A stretch of DNA of 45,297 bases from Candidatus Gottesmanbacteria bacterium RIFCSPHIGHO2_01_FULL_46_14 (GCA_001780895.1 MFJJ01000014.1:1-45297), one strand, 5' to 3'. Counted from the stretch's first letter, positions 17,458-26,452 are shown. The notes: generated by a model not told the origin, from the letters alone. Numbers and translations: made by a program.

Positions 17458-17931
17458 TTAAAAAATGTTTTTGTTGCTAATCGGTATTCCGCCAACCCAG
17501 TCATAACCAATCGTGGGATCATCATGAGGGAGTCTTCCCTCTTCTTCTTTGTTGTAGACGCCGCTCGTTACATAGATTAGGTCTGCCGGCCCTGCGAGAA
17601 CTTTAAGCCCATGAGCAACACCTGAAGGAATCTTGACAATCATATCTTGCCCTCCGTCGCCTAAAATAAATTCATCCAGCTCCTTGTGCGTTGCACTCGA
17701 AGCTCGGAGGTCATAGAGCACCACTTTAATTTTTCCATTGACGACATACCACCAGTCTATCTGCGTTTTGTGAATATGCCATGCTTTGACGACCCCAGGG
17801 TGCATGAGGGACCGCGAGAGCTGTCCAAATCCTTCTGAAAAAAAATGGTCGGACGCACGAATAATTTCTTCGAAAAATCCCCGTTCATCGGGGAAGCGGA
17901 CAAGGGGCTTCGTTATGACGCCATCGATCAT
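17458..17931 (-). CDS. rfbC: dTDP-4-dehydrorhamnose 3,5-epimerase-related cupin (short form, 157 aa)
   Basis: Motifs: DERGFFEE, QLSRSLMHPGVVKAWHIH, WYVVNGKIKVVLYDLR, IPSGVAHG. It sits between rfbA and rfbB. Confidence 0.7.
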   Translation of the reverse strand: MIDGVITKPLVRFPDERGFFEEIIRASDHFFSEGFGQLSRSLMHPGVVKAWHIHKTQIDWWYVVNGKIKVVLYDLRASSATHKELDEFILGDGGQDMIVKIPSGVAHGLKVLAGPADLIYVTSGVYNKEEEGRLPHDDPTIGYDWVGGIPISNKNIF

Positions 17932-18665
17932 AGCTGCCCTGCCTTTACCATCTTTGCGACATCATTATTGGCAGCAAGAAGTTCGTCGTAGGATGCGCCG
18001 GCATCAATCCACCAATCGATAATCTCGCAAAACAGCTTGCTCTCGGCGCGGTAGCAATTGTTTAAGTCCGTAACTTCCAGTTCTCCTTTGGCAGATGGTT
18101 TCAATGTCTTAATAAAATCGAATACCCGGTGGTCATACATGTAAATGCCGGTTTGGGCAATATCGCTCTTGGGATGCTCCGGCTTCTCTTCGATAGAGAG
18201 AACTTTTCCGCTTTTGTCCATCTCAATGACACCGTAATGACGCGAGTCGGTATCTTTATGAACACCAAATATCATTGCCCCATACTGCTTCTGTTCAAAT
18301 TTTTTCCTCGACGCTTCGAGGTTGAAATTAAAAATATTATCTCCTAACAGAACCAAAATGGATTCATTCCCCGCAAATTCCTGCGCAAGCGCAATAGCAT
18401 CAGAAATACCACCCTTGGGGTTATCCTGAATTGAGTACAAGAGCTTCAAACCAAATTCTTCGCCGTTTTTGAGAAGATTGGCAAAGTCGCCCGCATGATC
18501 TCCGCTGGTCGTCAGGAGAACCTCCGAAACGCCCGCCTTTTGCATCGCCTGCAAAGAGTAATAAATCATGGGCTGGTGATACACCGGAAGAAGGTGCTTA
18601 TTAGTAACGAGCGTAAGAGGTCTCAAGCGTGTAGCTAACCCTCCGGCTAAGATGACACCTTTCAT
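17928..18665 (-). CDS. rfbA: Glucose-1-phosphate thymidylyltransferase-like sugar nucleotidyltransferase (short form, 245 aa)
   Basis: Motifs: MKGVILAGGLATRLRPLT..NKHLLPV, LGDNIF, EKPEHPKS. It is the first gene of the rml block. Confidence 0.75.
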   Translation of the reverse strand: MKGVILAGGLATRLRPLTLVTNKHLLPVYHQPMIYYSLQAMQKAGVSEVLLTTSGDHAGDFANLLKNGEEFGLKLLYSIQDNPKGGISDAIALAQEFAGNESILVLLGDNIFNFNLEASRKKFEQKQYGAMIFGVHKDTDSRHYGVIEMDKSGKVLSIEEKPEHPKSDIAQTGIYMYDHRVFDFIKTLKPSAKGELEVTDLNNCYRAESKLFCEIIDWWIDAGASYDELLAANNDVAKMVKAGQL

Positions 18666-18668
18666 AGA

Positions 18669-18917
18669 TTATGGCCGCAGCACATTAACCAGAACGAGTA
18701 TTGCTACGGCGCCAACAAGCACGTATTCTATCACAACTTTCCTATGGAGATCGCCACTCGCGGCATGATGAACAATTCCCCATATAACGTAGGCAACAGC
18801 CGTAACAATCCCAATTCTTTGCTGCGCCGCTACATCTCCCCTGAGTATCACAAATGACGCAATCCCTCCGGCAAGAATCGAGACAAGCACAACATAATGG
18901 ACCATCTGTAATTTCAT
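18669..18917 (-). CDS. Small membrane protein (82 aa, 2-3 TM)
   Basis: Start trimmed to ATG 18915-18917, an ATGA overlap with the upstream stop. The sequence MKLQMVHYVVLVSILAGGIASFVIL...AVAILVLVNVLRP is hydrophobic. I recognise no family. Confidence 0.45.
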   Translation of the reverse strand: MKLQMVHYVVLVSILAGGIASFVILRGDVAAQQRIGIVTAVAYVIWGIVHHAASGDLHRKVVIEYVLVGAVAILVLVNVLRP

Positions 18918-19852
18918 AAAATACTCCCAGGCAACGATATTCCTACAAGTATAAGGAGTGCCGTAAAAAATAATATATGCGCGTGAGATCTCCCTGACAC
19001 CCGAACAATTCTTCTCTGATGGACAAACCACATATCCAGAGACAACAAACCAATGAGGAACCCGATAAAAATAAATGATATCCACTTATTGAGCGCTCCA
19101 AGATTGATCCAGGGATTCTGAACGACTTGCCCAAACTGGGCAAGGACAATCGGACCGAATGCAGAAGATCCCGCAGGTTCGTTGGTTGAAAATGCGACTT
19201 TCGTGATAGCGACCGGCTCCGTTGTGGGTTCCTGGGCAATAACTTCACGCACGAGGGGTTGCCGGACCGGAGCAGCCGCGACCGGCGCGCCGGCTGAAGC
19301 ACCAAACATTTGCACAACCAACGTGGTCTCTTCACCATTGAGCATGCCGTTGACGATTGCAAACCCGATATCTTTATAGCTGGGTTTTAACAGATTTTCT
19401 TTGTGAGACGTCGAAGCCATCCATGCATCAACGACACCACGGCTGTCGTTAAAATTTTTGGCGAGATTTTCGCCTGCGACCGTATATTTATACCCGGCGC
19501 CAACGATAAAGTCCCACGGAAGCTTCCCGTCCGGGCTCGTGTGTGCCCAATAATTTTTGGCAAACATGTCAGCTGCTTTGCCTGCCGCCGCTTGAGAGAG
19601 CTGGCCATTAAGCACGAGCGACGATAATCCCGCTTCCCGCCGCTTCTCATTGGTGAAAGACAATAACTGTTCAAGACGGATATCGGTCGCATACCCTAAC
19701 ACGTCCGGAATCCGCATAGTTCCAACCCACGTAACGATCTGGAACATCAAAAATGCGAATATATAGACGAGAAACGCATCAATATGGAGAGCTCGGGCAC
19801 GATGATTGTTCGTGTGGTGCGGCAAAAACGCGTGGACCAATAATGAAACCAT
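18914..19852 (-). CDS. CAP/SCP (PR-1/YkwD-like) domain protein with N- and C-terminal TM segments (312 aa)
   Basis: Motifs: NYWAHTSPDG, YTVAGENLAKNF, VDAWMASTSHKENLL. A GGAG lies 3 nt upstream of the ATG. Confidence 0.75.
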   Translation of the reverse strand: MVSLLVHAFLPHHTNNHRARALHIDAFLVYIFAFLMFQIVTWVGTMRIPDVLGYATDIRLEQLLSFTNEKRREAGLSSLVLNGQLSQAAAGKAADMFAKNYWAHTSPDGKLPWDFIVGAGYKYTVAGENLAKNFNDSRGVVDAWMASTSHKENLLKPSYKDIGFAIVNGMLNGEETTLVVQMFGASAGAPVAAAPVRQPLVREVIAQEPTTEPVAITKVAFSTNEPAGSSAFGPIVLAQFGQVVQNPWINLGALNKWISFIFIGFLIGLLSLDMWFVHQRRIVRVSGRSHAHILFFTALLILVGISLPGSIL

Positions 19853-19893
19853 ACTCCATTATGTACACGCACGGGGAAAAAATGCCAGTCGTG

Positions 19894-19913
19894 AAATCTA
19901 CTAAAATCTACTA
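19894..19913. repeat. Tandem direct repeat AAATCTACTA x2
   Basis: Read directly (19894-19903 and 19904-19913). It lies in the 5' region of the CAP-domain gene, between palindrome copy 3 and the ATG at 19852. Confidence 0.6.
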
Positions 19914-19921
19914 ATGAAGAA

Positions 19922-20521
19922 TTAACTAATAAAAAAGAATGCATCAATCATTAAAATGATTTGAATCATTTTAATATTCGGCAGGAAAGCTGTAGATTCC
20001 TCTTCGGCAATAGCTGTAACGACGAAGCGCTTTTGATCAAAAAACCCCGTACAGGTATAGAGCGTAATTCTGCGATCGTCGGTTGAGGCAAGAATATGGG
20101 TTTGATCGGGTGTTACTTCCTGAGTGTACTCAACAATAAACATCCGGCGTTCTCCATTGTTAAAGCCAATACTGATCGTTGCACCCGGTTTAATCCTGGT
20201 TAATCTTCCTAAAATATTTGGCCAATTGTGACCATAGAGGATGCTATTTCCCCGGTCTCCCGGTCTCGGAGTATTGGCAAGATACACGACTCCACGATTA
20301 CTCATTGGCCATGTATTATCAATTAACTCTTCGGAAATAATAGAGAGCGCAAGACCGAGATCTTCAATTTCTATCGACGTCGGAACAATCTCGGTCCTAT
20401 CCTTCGTCGCTGGCAACACCATCGCATTAAAGGCGAGTCTCGTTGGGCTATACCGCTGCCATATGAGATACCCTGCAGCCAAAATTGAAATGACCCCAAG
20501 GAAAAAAAAGAATCGGCTCAT
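19922..20521 (-). CDS. Sortase family transpeptidase (199 aa)
   Basis: N-terminal TM, His motif ILYGHNW, catalytic TLYTCTG (TLxTC), and the conserved Arg in KRFVVTA. Confidence 0.8.
   Translation of the reverse strand: MSRFFFFLGVISILAAGYLIWQRYSPTRLAFNAMVLPATKDRTEIVPTSIEIEDLGLALSIISEELIDNTWPMSNRGVVYLANTPRPGDRGNSILYGHNWPNILGRLTRIKPGATISIGFNNGERRMFIVEYTQEVTPDQTHILASTDDRRITLYTCTGFFDQKRFVVTAIAEEESTAFLPNIKMIQIILMIDAFFFIS
19950..19975. promoter_or_regulatory. Palindrome copy 3, extended to 26 bp: ATTAAAATGATTTGAATCATTTTAAT
   Basis: Read directly. It has the same arms as copies 1 and 2 with an inverted centre (TG). It lies inside the last codons of the sortase ORF and about 98 nt upstream of the CAP-domain gene ATG. 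Confidence 0.5.
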
Positions 20522-21060
20522 GAATTTTTTCTAAGAAGAACGCTCAAAAAAACCGAGGCAACACCAAAACCAGCGAGTGCATAGATCGTGAGAATATTGC
20601 CAGTTGTCGCAAGCCCCAACACATCTCCACCAGTTCCTGTGGAAGCTGCTAATATTTGTCCTCTACCCTGACAACTATATGAATTATTAAACGCTAGCCA
20701 TTCTCCTTCGGTGAGTCCCCAGAGCGCTCCGTTTGGCACAGATATCCACCCCTGATTTTTGAGAACCTGAATTTCGGCTTCGGTAAGAGAGGCTGCGTGC
20801 CACCAGTTGGTTTGTGTGCCGTCTCCATTATCCGCACAGAAACACTGCGTTGTGGTCCCTTCTGAAAGCGTATAGACCGTATCGCTTCCCATAAACGTCC
20901 CTCCGTTGCCCACAATACCATGTGTGCCTTCGCTGTAGCTTACCTTGACTGATCCCTGGGGATTAGAACAACTGGGGAAACTGGGCACGGTTTGGGCATA
21001 CGCCTTGGGCGTAATGGTGCCAACCAGAAGAAGCAAACTACCGAGAATTCCTGCCCTCAT
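20518..21060 (-). CDS. Secreted protein with C-terminal LPXTG-like sorting signal (LATTG + TM + RKNS), putative sortase substrate (180 aa)
   Basis: Start trimmed to ATG 21058-21060. Signal peptide: MRAGILGSLLLLVGTITPKAYA. C-terminus: LGLATTGNILTIYALAGFGVASVFLSVLLRKNS. There is an ATGA overlap with the sortase gene. Confidence 0.6.
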   Translation of the reverse strand: MRAGILGSLLLLVGTITPKAYAQTVPSFPSCSNPQGSVKVSYSEGTHGIVGNGGTFMGSDTVYTLSEGTTTQCFCADNGDGTQTNWWHAASLTEAEIQVLKNQGWISVPNGALWGLTEGEWLAFNNSYSCQGRGQILAASTGTGGDVLGLATTGNILTIYALAGFGVASVFLSVLLRKNS

Positions 21061-21068
21061 ATTTATTG

Positions 21069-22322
21069 TTATAGGATTATAACACGGCCAGTCAATCGGT
21101 GCAAGAATTTCTGGATTTTGAACCAAAACGACTCCTCTCGCTTAACTAGTGGCACAGTTATCTCTTGATTACCATCCCCGGCCTGCACCTGCTTTGTATC
21201 ATATCCCGGCGCTTGCACCGATATTGTGACTCTTTCGTCTAGGTACGGCAATACAAATTTTCCATCCCGTCCGCTGGTTGCGTAACGGTATGTGCTCGAA
21301 ATAATAGATTGTGCTATAGGTTGTCTAATTTCGTTGAGAATCGTTCCCCGAACGATTTTTGGTGTAAAAAAGAGCTTGAGCACTTGTACTGCAAGTCTGG
21401 CTTTACCGTCCCCTTCCCAAAGACGGGTTGATCCGCCGACACTGGTCCAATAGTTGATACCGATGACTTCAGGCACACCTGAAACTGCCCTAAGCGCTTC
21501 TCCTATCCATGCAGCTTGGGCTTCCTCGTTCATATTCCCATGGAGATCGGGTATTGGTACACCGAACTCACCGAGCACAATTTGGCCTCCACTCTGCTTG
21601 GCAAGCGCTATGATGTCTTCTTTGAGTTGCTTGGGACTGGCTACATAATGGTCTACGACAACCACACCGCCAAGTGCCTTCGTTGTCTCCGGATCCATAA
21701 TGAGCCGGGCTACATCACCATTCATCGAGAATAATCCCGACTCCACATTTTTACCTATCGCACTAAATCCATCCTTGGCAACCTGATGCAGCTCTTTCAG
21801 AAATACTTTGTGGCCCGCAACATCACCATTTCGCCTAGGGTCACCAGGACCGCCGTTTTCACACTCAGGACAAGGGGTAAAAATATCGCCATCGGCAAAT
21901 AAATCAGCATGGTTTCTTATAAACTCGGCAGTCTTTATCTTGTGCTCATCCCGGCTGATAGAAGCATATCCAAACCACTTCTCCCACCCGGAAAAGTTCC
22001 CGCGAAACCATACATTGAGACCGTACCTTCTGGCCGCACTCACCCAACGCTTCATGATTGGAACAAATTCCTCATCGTAGGGTGTGCCGATTGCTACATG
22101 CGTTGCCCCCGTCTCGGCAATTTGGCGCACTTGCCCGTCTATGACACGGTCATACGAGGGATCCTTGAGCTTCTCACGGCTTGGGTCTCGCGAATACTTC
22201 ATCGTATCAATTGACTGTATCACCCACCACGTTGATGCTTGCTCTTTCGCATTCGGTTTGCTGAACGCAAATGCAGCTATTCCTAAGACGGCACATACAG
22301 TGATGAATCGTTTTATACGCAT
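21069..22322 (-). CDS. Secreted putative glycoside hydrolase (TIM-barrel, clan GH-A-like) with C-terminal CarboxypepD_reg-like beta-sandwich (417 aa)
   Basis: Start trimmed to ATG 22320-22322 (MRIKRFITVCAVLGIAAFAF signal). Candidate catalytic Glu residues lie in CPECENGGPG and IVLGEFG. The C-terminus VRGTILNE...SGRDGKFVLPYL...VQAPGY resembles a carboxypeptidase-regulatory fold. The family call is tentative. Confidence 0.45.
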   Translation of the reverse strand: MRIKRFITVCAVLGIAAFAFSKPNAKEQASTWWVIQSIDTMKYSRDPSREKLKDPSYDRVIDGQVRQIAETGATHVAIGTPYDEEFVPIMKRWVSAARRYGLNVWFRGNFSGWEKWFGYASISRDEHKIKTAEFIRNHADLFADGDIFTPCPECENGGPGDPRRNGDVAGHKVFLKELHQVAKDGFSAIGKNVESGLFSMNGDVARLIMDPETTKALGGVVVVDHYVASPKQLKEDIIALAKQSGGQIVLGEFGVPIPDLHGNMNEEAQAAWIGEALRAVSGVPEVIGINYWTSVGGSTRLWEGDGKARLAVQVLKLFFTPKIVRGTILNEIRQPIAQSIISSTYRYATSGRDGKFVLPYLDERVTISVQAPGYDTKQVQAGDGNQEITVPLVKREESFWFKIQKFLHRLTGRVIIL

Positions 22323-22326
22323 AGGT

Positions 22327-23952
22327 TTATTTATGTTGTTTAAGGACGGGTTCTGTTTGGAGGGCTGGTAGCCACTCTGGGTGCAACTCATACACATCAG
22401 CGAATGGGTACTCTGCAACGCGTGTATACCGCTCAAGAAACGTAGGGACCACAGAAACTGCTTTCCAGGTAAGATCATTAACGTCATTTGTCCGCATCAC
22501 AATCCACCGAGCCCAACGATCAGGAGAAGTTGTTGCGCTTTCCCAATATGCTCCGGTTCCTTCATGGATAAAGCGCTTCATAGGAAGCCCCGAGGAAAAA
22601 ATAATTGCGTCATGGGACGCTGCAGAAATAAGAATGAATCCTTTCTCGCCTGTTGCATGCTCCTTGAGATACCCGGATACTTCCGATACATTCTTCTGGC
22701 TCGACCCAACTCTTGCATCATCAATCGTCACGGCATCTCCGTTGGCAAAGGCAAAAAAGAGCACGAACGTCAATAGTCCGATGATGACCCACCGCAGAGT
22801 CGCTGCACGATGGACAAGATACCCGATAAATATTGCAATCGACGGCATCATCATCACCCCGTATCGGGCATTAAACCATGTGTCCCCATTGATCCCCTGA
22901 ATAAAGAGAACTGAATGACCCAAATACAAAGCCAAAATATTAAAGAAAAATGGTGCAAAGAGCGCGGTACTCGCAATACGAACACCTGCCGGGATTTTCT
23001 TATCCGACCAGAGAACAACAGCACCAATCGCTCCCATAATAACTTGATACATGTAGGAGTTAAAAATAAGTGCGTACATATAGGTCTGAAATGAGAGCCA
23101 GAAATTTCCCTTTGTAATGAGATTGCCGGCTTGCTCTAGCTGTGCCTGTTGAGCACGGGCTGAAAAGGGGCCCAGAGCAAAGTAGAGAGGATCTTTGAAA
23201 ATCAGAAGGTTCCATAAAAGCCAGAGGGCGATCCCAAACGCAGCAAGCGTTCCAAAAAGAATCACCGTGCCTTCGGCCGTCTTATACCCACGCGTTCGAA
23301 TGGTACGGAAGAGAATCAGCCCTGACGCGACAAAAAGAAGAAACCATCCTTCATAGCGAACGAGGGTTGATAACATAATAAAGAATGCGGCATGGACGAG
23401 AGAAATAATAGAATTATCCCGGTGCCAGGAAACGAGCTTATAAATACCTACAGTCATCGTGGCAAGCAGCAGAAGCTCTGTCATTGCCGTTGACTGGAGA
23501 TACAGGACGTTGATATTTGCCACAAATACGACAACACCAAAAACGCTTCCCAACACACCGACGCCGAGTCGTTTTAAAAACAAATAGATGACGATTCCCG
23601 TTGCAACGAAGGAAACCATCGACAGCAGTGCGCCGGCAAGTCCCGAGTGCCACATAAAGTCATTCCAGATCGTCGGTACCATCAAAAGATGCGGCAGCGG
23701 TAACCACACCGATCCCAACTGTGCCAACCCCGGCTTTAGTCCTTCCACAACGCGTCTTCCGATGTCCAAATGCGACCTGGCATCGTTGTAGGCAAGTCCA
23801 AGTCCGTTGTTCAAATGCTGGACAAAGGTAAGCACGGATATTGCAACAAGCAACCCAAGGAGCAAAGGCAGTGCAAATCTCTCTATATACCCGTGCATTG
23901 ACTGAAGTCTGCGATTATCAATGCTAAATTCCAAGGTAAAAATATTTTTCAT
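22327..23952 (-). CDS. GT-C-fold membrane glycosyltransferase-like protein (GT39-like, 541 aa)
   Basis: About 12 TM segments. The first loop reads LAYNDARSHLDIGRRVVEGLKPGLAQLGSVWLPLPHLL, and there is a C-terminal soluble domain. Confidence 0.55.
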   Translation of the reverse strand: MKNIFTLEFSIDNRRLQSMHGYIERFALPLLLGLLVAISVLTFVQHLNNGLGLAYNDARSHLDIGRRVVEGLKPGLAQLGSVWLPLPHLLMVPTIWNDFMWHSGLAGALLSMVSFVATGIVIYLFLKRLGVGVLGSVFGVVVFVANINVLYLQSTAMTELLLLATMTVGIYKLVSWHRDNSIISLVHAAFFIMLSTLVRYEGWFLLFVASGLILFRTIRTRGYKTAEGTVILFGTLAAFGIALWLLWNLLIFKDPLYFALGPFSARAQQAQLEQAGNLITKGNFWLSFQTYMYALIFNSYMYQVIMGAIGAVVLWSDKKIPAGVRIASTALFAPFFFNILALYLGHSVLFIQGINGDTWFNARYGVMMMPSIAIFIGYLVHRAATLRWVIIGLLTFVLFFAFANGDAVTIDDARVGSSQKNVSEVSGYLKEHATGEKGFILISAASHDAIIFSSGLPMKRFIHEGTGAYWESATTSPDRWARWIVMRTNDVNDLTWKAVSVVPTFLERYTRVAEYPFADVYELHPEWLPALQTEPVLKQHK

Positions 23953-25514
23953 AGGTGCGTTTTTTTATTACCTCTTGTATACAAAAAGGCAAAATGAAAA
24001 CACAAAATAACCGCGATAAATATTGTTACGTATTGATAGTAATCCCAAGAACTCATGTATTTATATCCAATATCGTTATAGACAAATGCTTTGAGTTTGC
24101 CCGCATTAACAAATTGCGCATTTCTATCCCATGAATAAAGCTCGGGCTTACCCGATGCCTGCTCGAGTGCCAATATTTCAGATTGCGGCGGATTCCTATT
24201 TGAAGAAATTGCTCCGAGGGTATTGACTGCAATGGAATAAAATGAAACGAATAAAAATACAATGAGAAACGGAATATTTCTTCGGAGATAACTCAATGCT
24301 GCTCCGATCCATATCGACAGCATTGCAAACGTTGGGATAAGATAACGTCCCCCGAAAGCCCACCCTCCCGCAGGATCTCCCCACATTGAGTAAAGAACCA
24401 TATTTGCTCCCAAAATCGCTACCATCAAAGGAACATGGGGATTTTTTTGTTTATAAAGTATAATTACCCCAACAATTCCAAACAACATGACTGGAGCAAA
24501 GTACAAAAGACCCCGATCTCTGCTCACCGTTAGAATGGAAAATCCTCTCAGAAAGTTTCTCGATTGGAAAAAGGCCGTCGCAACTCTGTTTTCTGCTGTA
24601 GACGTAACAATACCTGCAGCCCTGTCGCTTTGCGCGTCTTCTATAAGTGTTCCGTCGGGATTGAGCGCTTTTACCTGTTTTAATGAACTTAAAAGCGTCA
24701 GAGGACTACCATAAGCGGCATTGTTGTACCAGAAGAAAAACACGAGAGGAGCGACCACTCCGACCACTGCCAATCCCGCCAACAGTCGAATTTGCACCAC
24801 TATTTTATCGTTGCTGGTCACTATCTTTATGGTCTCAAGTGCAGCGACAATTGCGAGCGGCATCATCATGATGATGTTTGGATAATCAAGAGGAAGTCCC
24901 AGTCCGATAGCAAGCCACACAAAAAACAGCCGCAACCAACTCCTATTCCCGACAAGCAACCAAAGGCTCACCAAAATTAAAAATAATGAAACATGATGTT
25001 GATAGAGCGATGATGCATATGCAAACGCCGGCGTACCGAACAGGAATAGGGCTGCTCCGATGGACGCTGCGACCGGATTTGCTCCCATTCGTATGGTTAT
25101 CGAGCGAATAAGCAACGTATTAAAAAGTGCAAACAAAGCAATTATCGCGTACGCCCCAACCTGTCCGTAACCAAACAGTCTTCCCAAGAGATATCCCGGA
25201 ACTATTAGAAATGACAATAGGGGAGCAAAAAGCGACACGAACTTTCCGTTCTTATACCCAAGATCCGGCGTAGAAAACTGCACAATGGAATGAGTGAATT
25301 CAACCGACTGATTCTCAATAAGCGATAACGTCAGTGCAAAACGCCCCCGCTCCGGAGATAATTCAAACGGTCCCTCATCTCCCCACTGTGACTCATTAAC
25401 CGTCTCGCTCGTCGGCGTCCCCGGAATTCCCCGTATCGAAACCGTCAAAACACTCACAATGAAAACAATAAACAATGCAATACCGAGCCTACTAAATAAT
25501 TTATAGTTTTTCAT
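23949..25514 (-). CDS. Polytopic membrane protein, probable GT-C-fold glycosyltransferase (521 aa)
   Basis: TM1 is followed by a long loop (ELSPERGRFALT...STPDLGYKNGKFVSLFAP), then about 11 TM segments. It has ATGA overlaps on both sides. The family is not identified. Confidence 0.45.
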   Translation of the reverse strand: MKNYKLFSRLGIALFIVFIVSVLTVSIRGIPGTPTSETVNESQWGDEGPFELSPERGRFALTLSLIENQSVEFTHSIVQFSTPDLGYKNGKFVSLFAPLLSFLIVPGYLLGRLFGYGQVGAYAIIALFALFNTLLIRSITIRMGANPVAASIGAALFLFGTPAFAYASSLYQHHVSLFLILVSLWLLVGNRSWLRLFFVWLAIGLGLPLDYPNIIMMMPLAIVAALETIKIVTSNDKIVVQIRLLAGLAVVGVVAPLVFFFWYNNAAYGSPLTLLSSLKQVKALNPDGTLIEDAQSDRAAGIVTSTAENRVATAFFQSRNFLRGFSILTVSRDRGLLYFAPVMLFGIVGVIILYKQKNPHVPLMVAILGANMVLYSMWGDPAGGWAFGGRYLIPTFAMLSIWIGAALSYLRRNIPFLIVFLFVSFYSIAVNTLGAISSNRNPPQSEILALEQASGKPELYSWDRNAQFVNAGKLKAFVYNDIGYKYMSSWDYYQYVTIFIAVILCFHFAFLYTRGNKKTHL

Positions 25515-26452
25515 ACTCTCGATAATTTTTGACCTTTATACAACACAACTCGTTTAGACGATTGCGAGATCGAAAAGCGTGATTTATATGTATGTTCATT
25601 ACTGTATACAATGCGAATAAAGAGAGTAATGACAATATAGGCAGGAGTTGAAAACGGGTTTCTTTTTAAGTACCTCAATAATGTTTTTAAAAAAATGGAA
25701 CGAGGTATCCTATATGCTTTGTCTATAAATTCACTTCCAAATATTTCCTTAAGTTTTTTTATTCCTGCTACGAATCTCGTACTCTGTTTTACATGTCCAT
25801 CAAAAAATTGTGGCGATCGAAAAAATACTCCCGCTTTATTCGCATAAACAAACGAAAATCCCTTTGTCTTGCATAAAAAATAAGAGTACGCATCCTCTGG
25901 ACAATCATCTACCCAACGCAGTAATTTGTAAAATGGCTTAGAAAATGCCCTTGCTCTTCCGTGACATAGATAAACGTTATTGCCATCCCGTATTAGTTTG
26001 TATATATGCTGTTTCATGTAGTGACTATTTGTGATAACTCGTTCAAGTATTGTTTGCGAGGGAAGCGGTACTGTTGAAGCACCAACAAGTCCAACCGCTC
26101 GATTACTACGAATAGGTTGCGTTATTCTATCCAAAAAATCAGACTCAACTGGTACAACATCCGCATCCAACACAACTAAAATATCCCCAAGTACGTGCGT
26201 CAATATTTCATTTTCTGTACGTACGACTCCTAGTCTCTTTTTTCTATCAATGACTTTAATTCGACTATCTCTAAACGACCTGACGCGACAGACAGTAGAG
26301 TCAGTGCTTCCATCAGAAATAACAACGATTTCACTGAGTCTCGTTTCCGTCGAGGTATCCGATAGTAAAGCCTTCAATAGGTGTTCTATGTTTGCTTCTT
26401 CGTTATACGCGGGAATACCAATGCTAACAGTTATTATTTTTTTATTTTCCAT
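25511..26452 (-). CDS. Glycosyltransferase family 2 (313 aa)
   Basis: Motifs: VSIGIPAYNEEANI, VISDGSTDST, VLDADVV. It is a paralogue of 33410..34312 and 32526..33413. Confidence 0.75.
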   Translation of the reverse strand: MENKKIITVSIGIPAYNEEANIEHLLKALLSDTSTETRLSEIVVISDGSTDSTVCRVRSFRDSRIKVIDRKKRLGVVRTENEILTHVLGDILVVLDADVVPVESDFLDRITQPIRSNRAVGLVGASTVPLPSQTILERVITNSHYMKQHIYKLIRDGNNVYLCHGRARAFSKPFYKLLRWVDDCPEDAYSYFLCKTKGFSFVYANKAGVFFRSPQFFDGHVKQSTRFVAGIKKLKEIFGSEFIDKAYRIPRSIFLKTLLRYLKRNPFSTPAYIVITLFIRIVYSNEHTYKSRFSISQSSKRVVLYKGQKLSRV

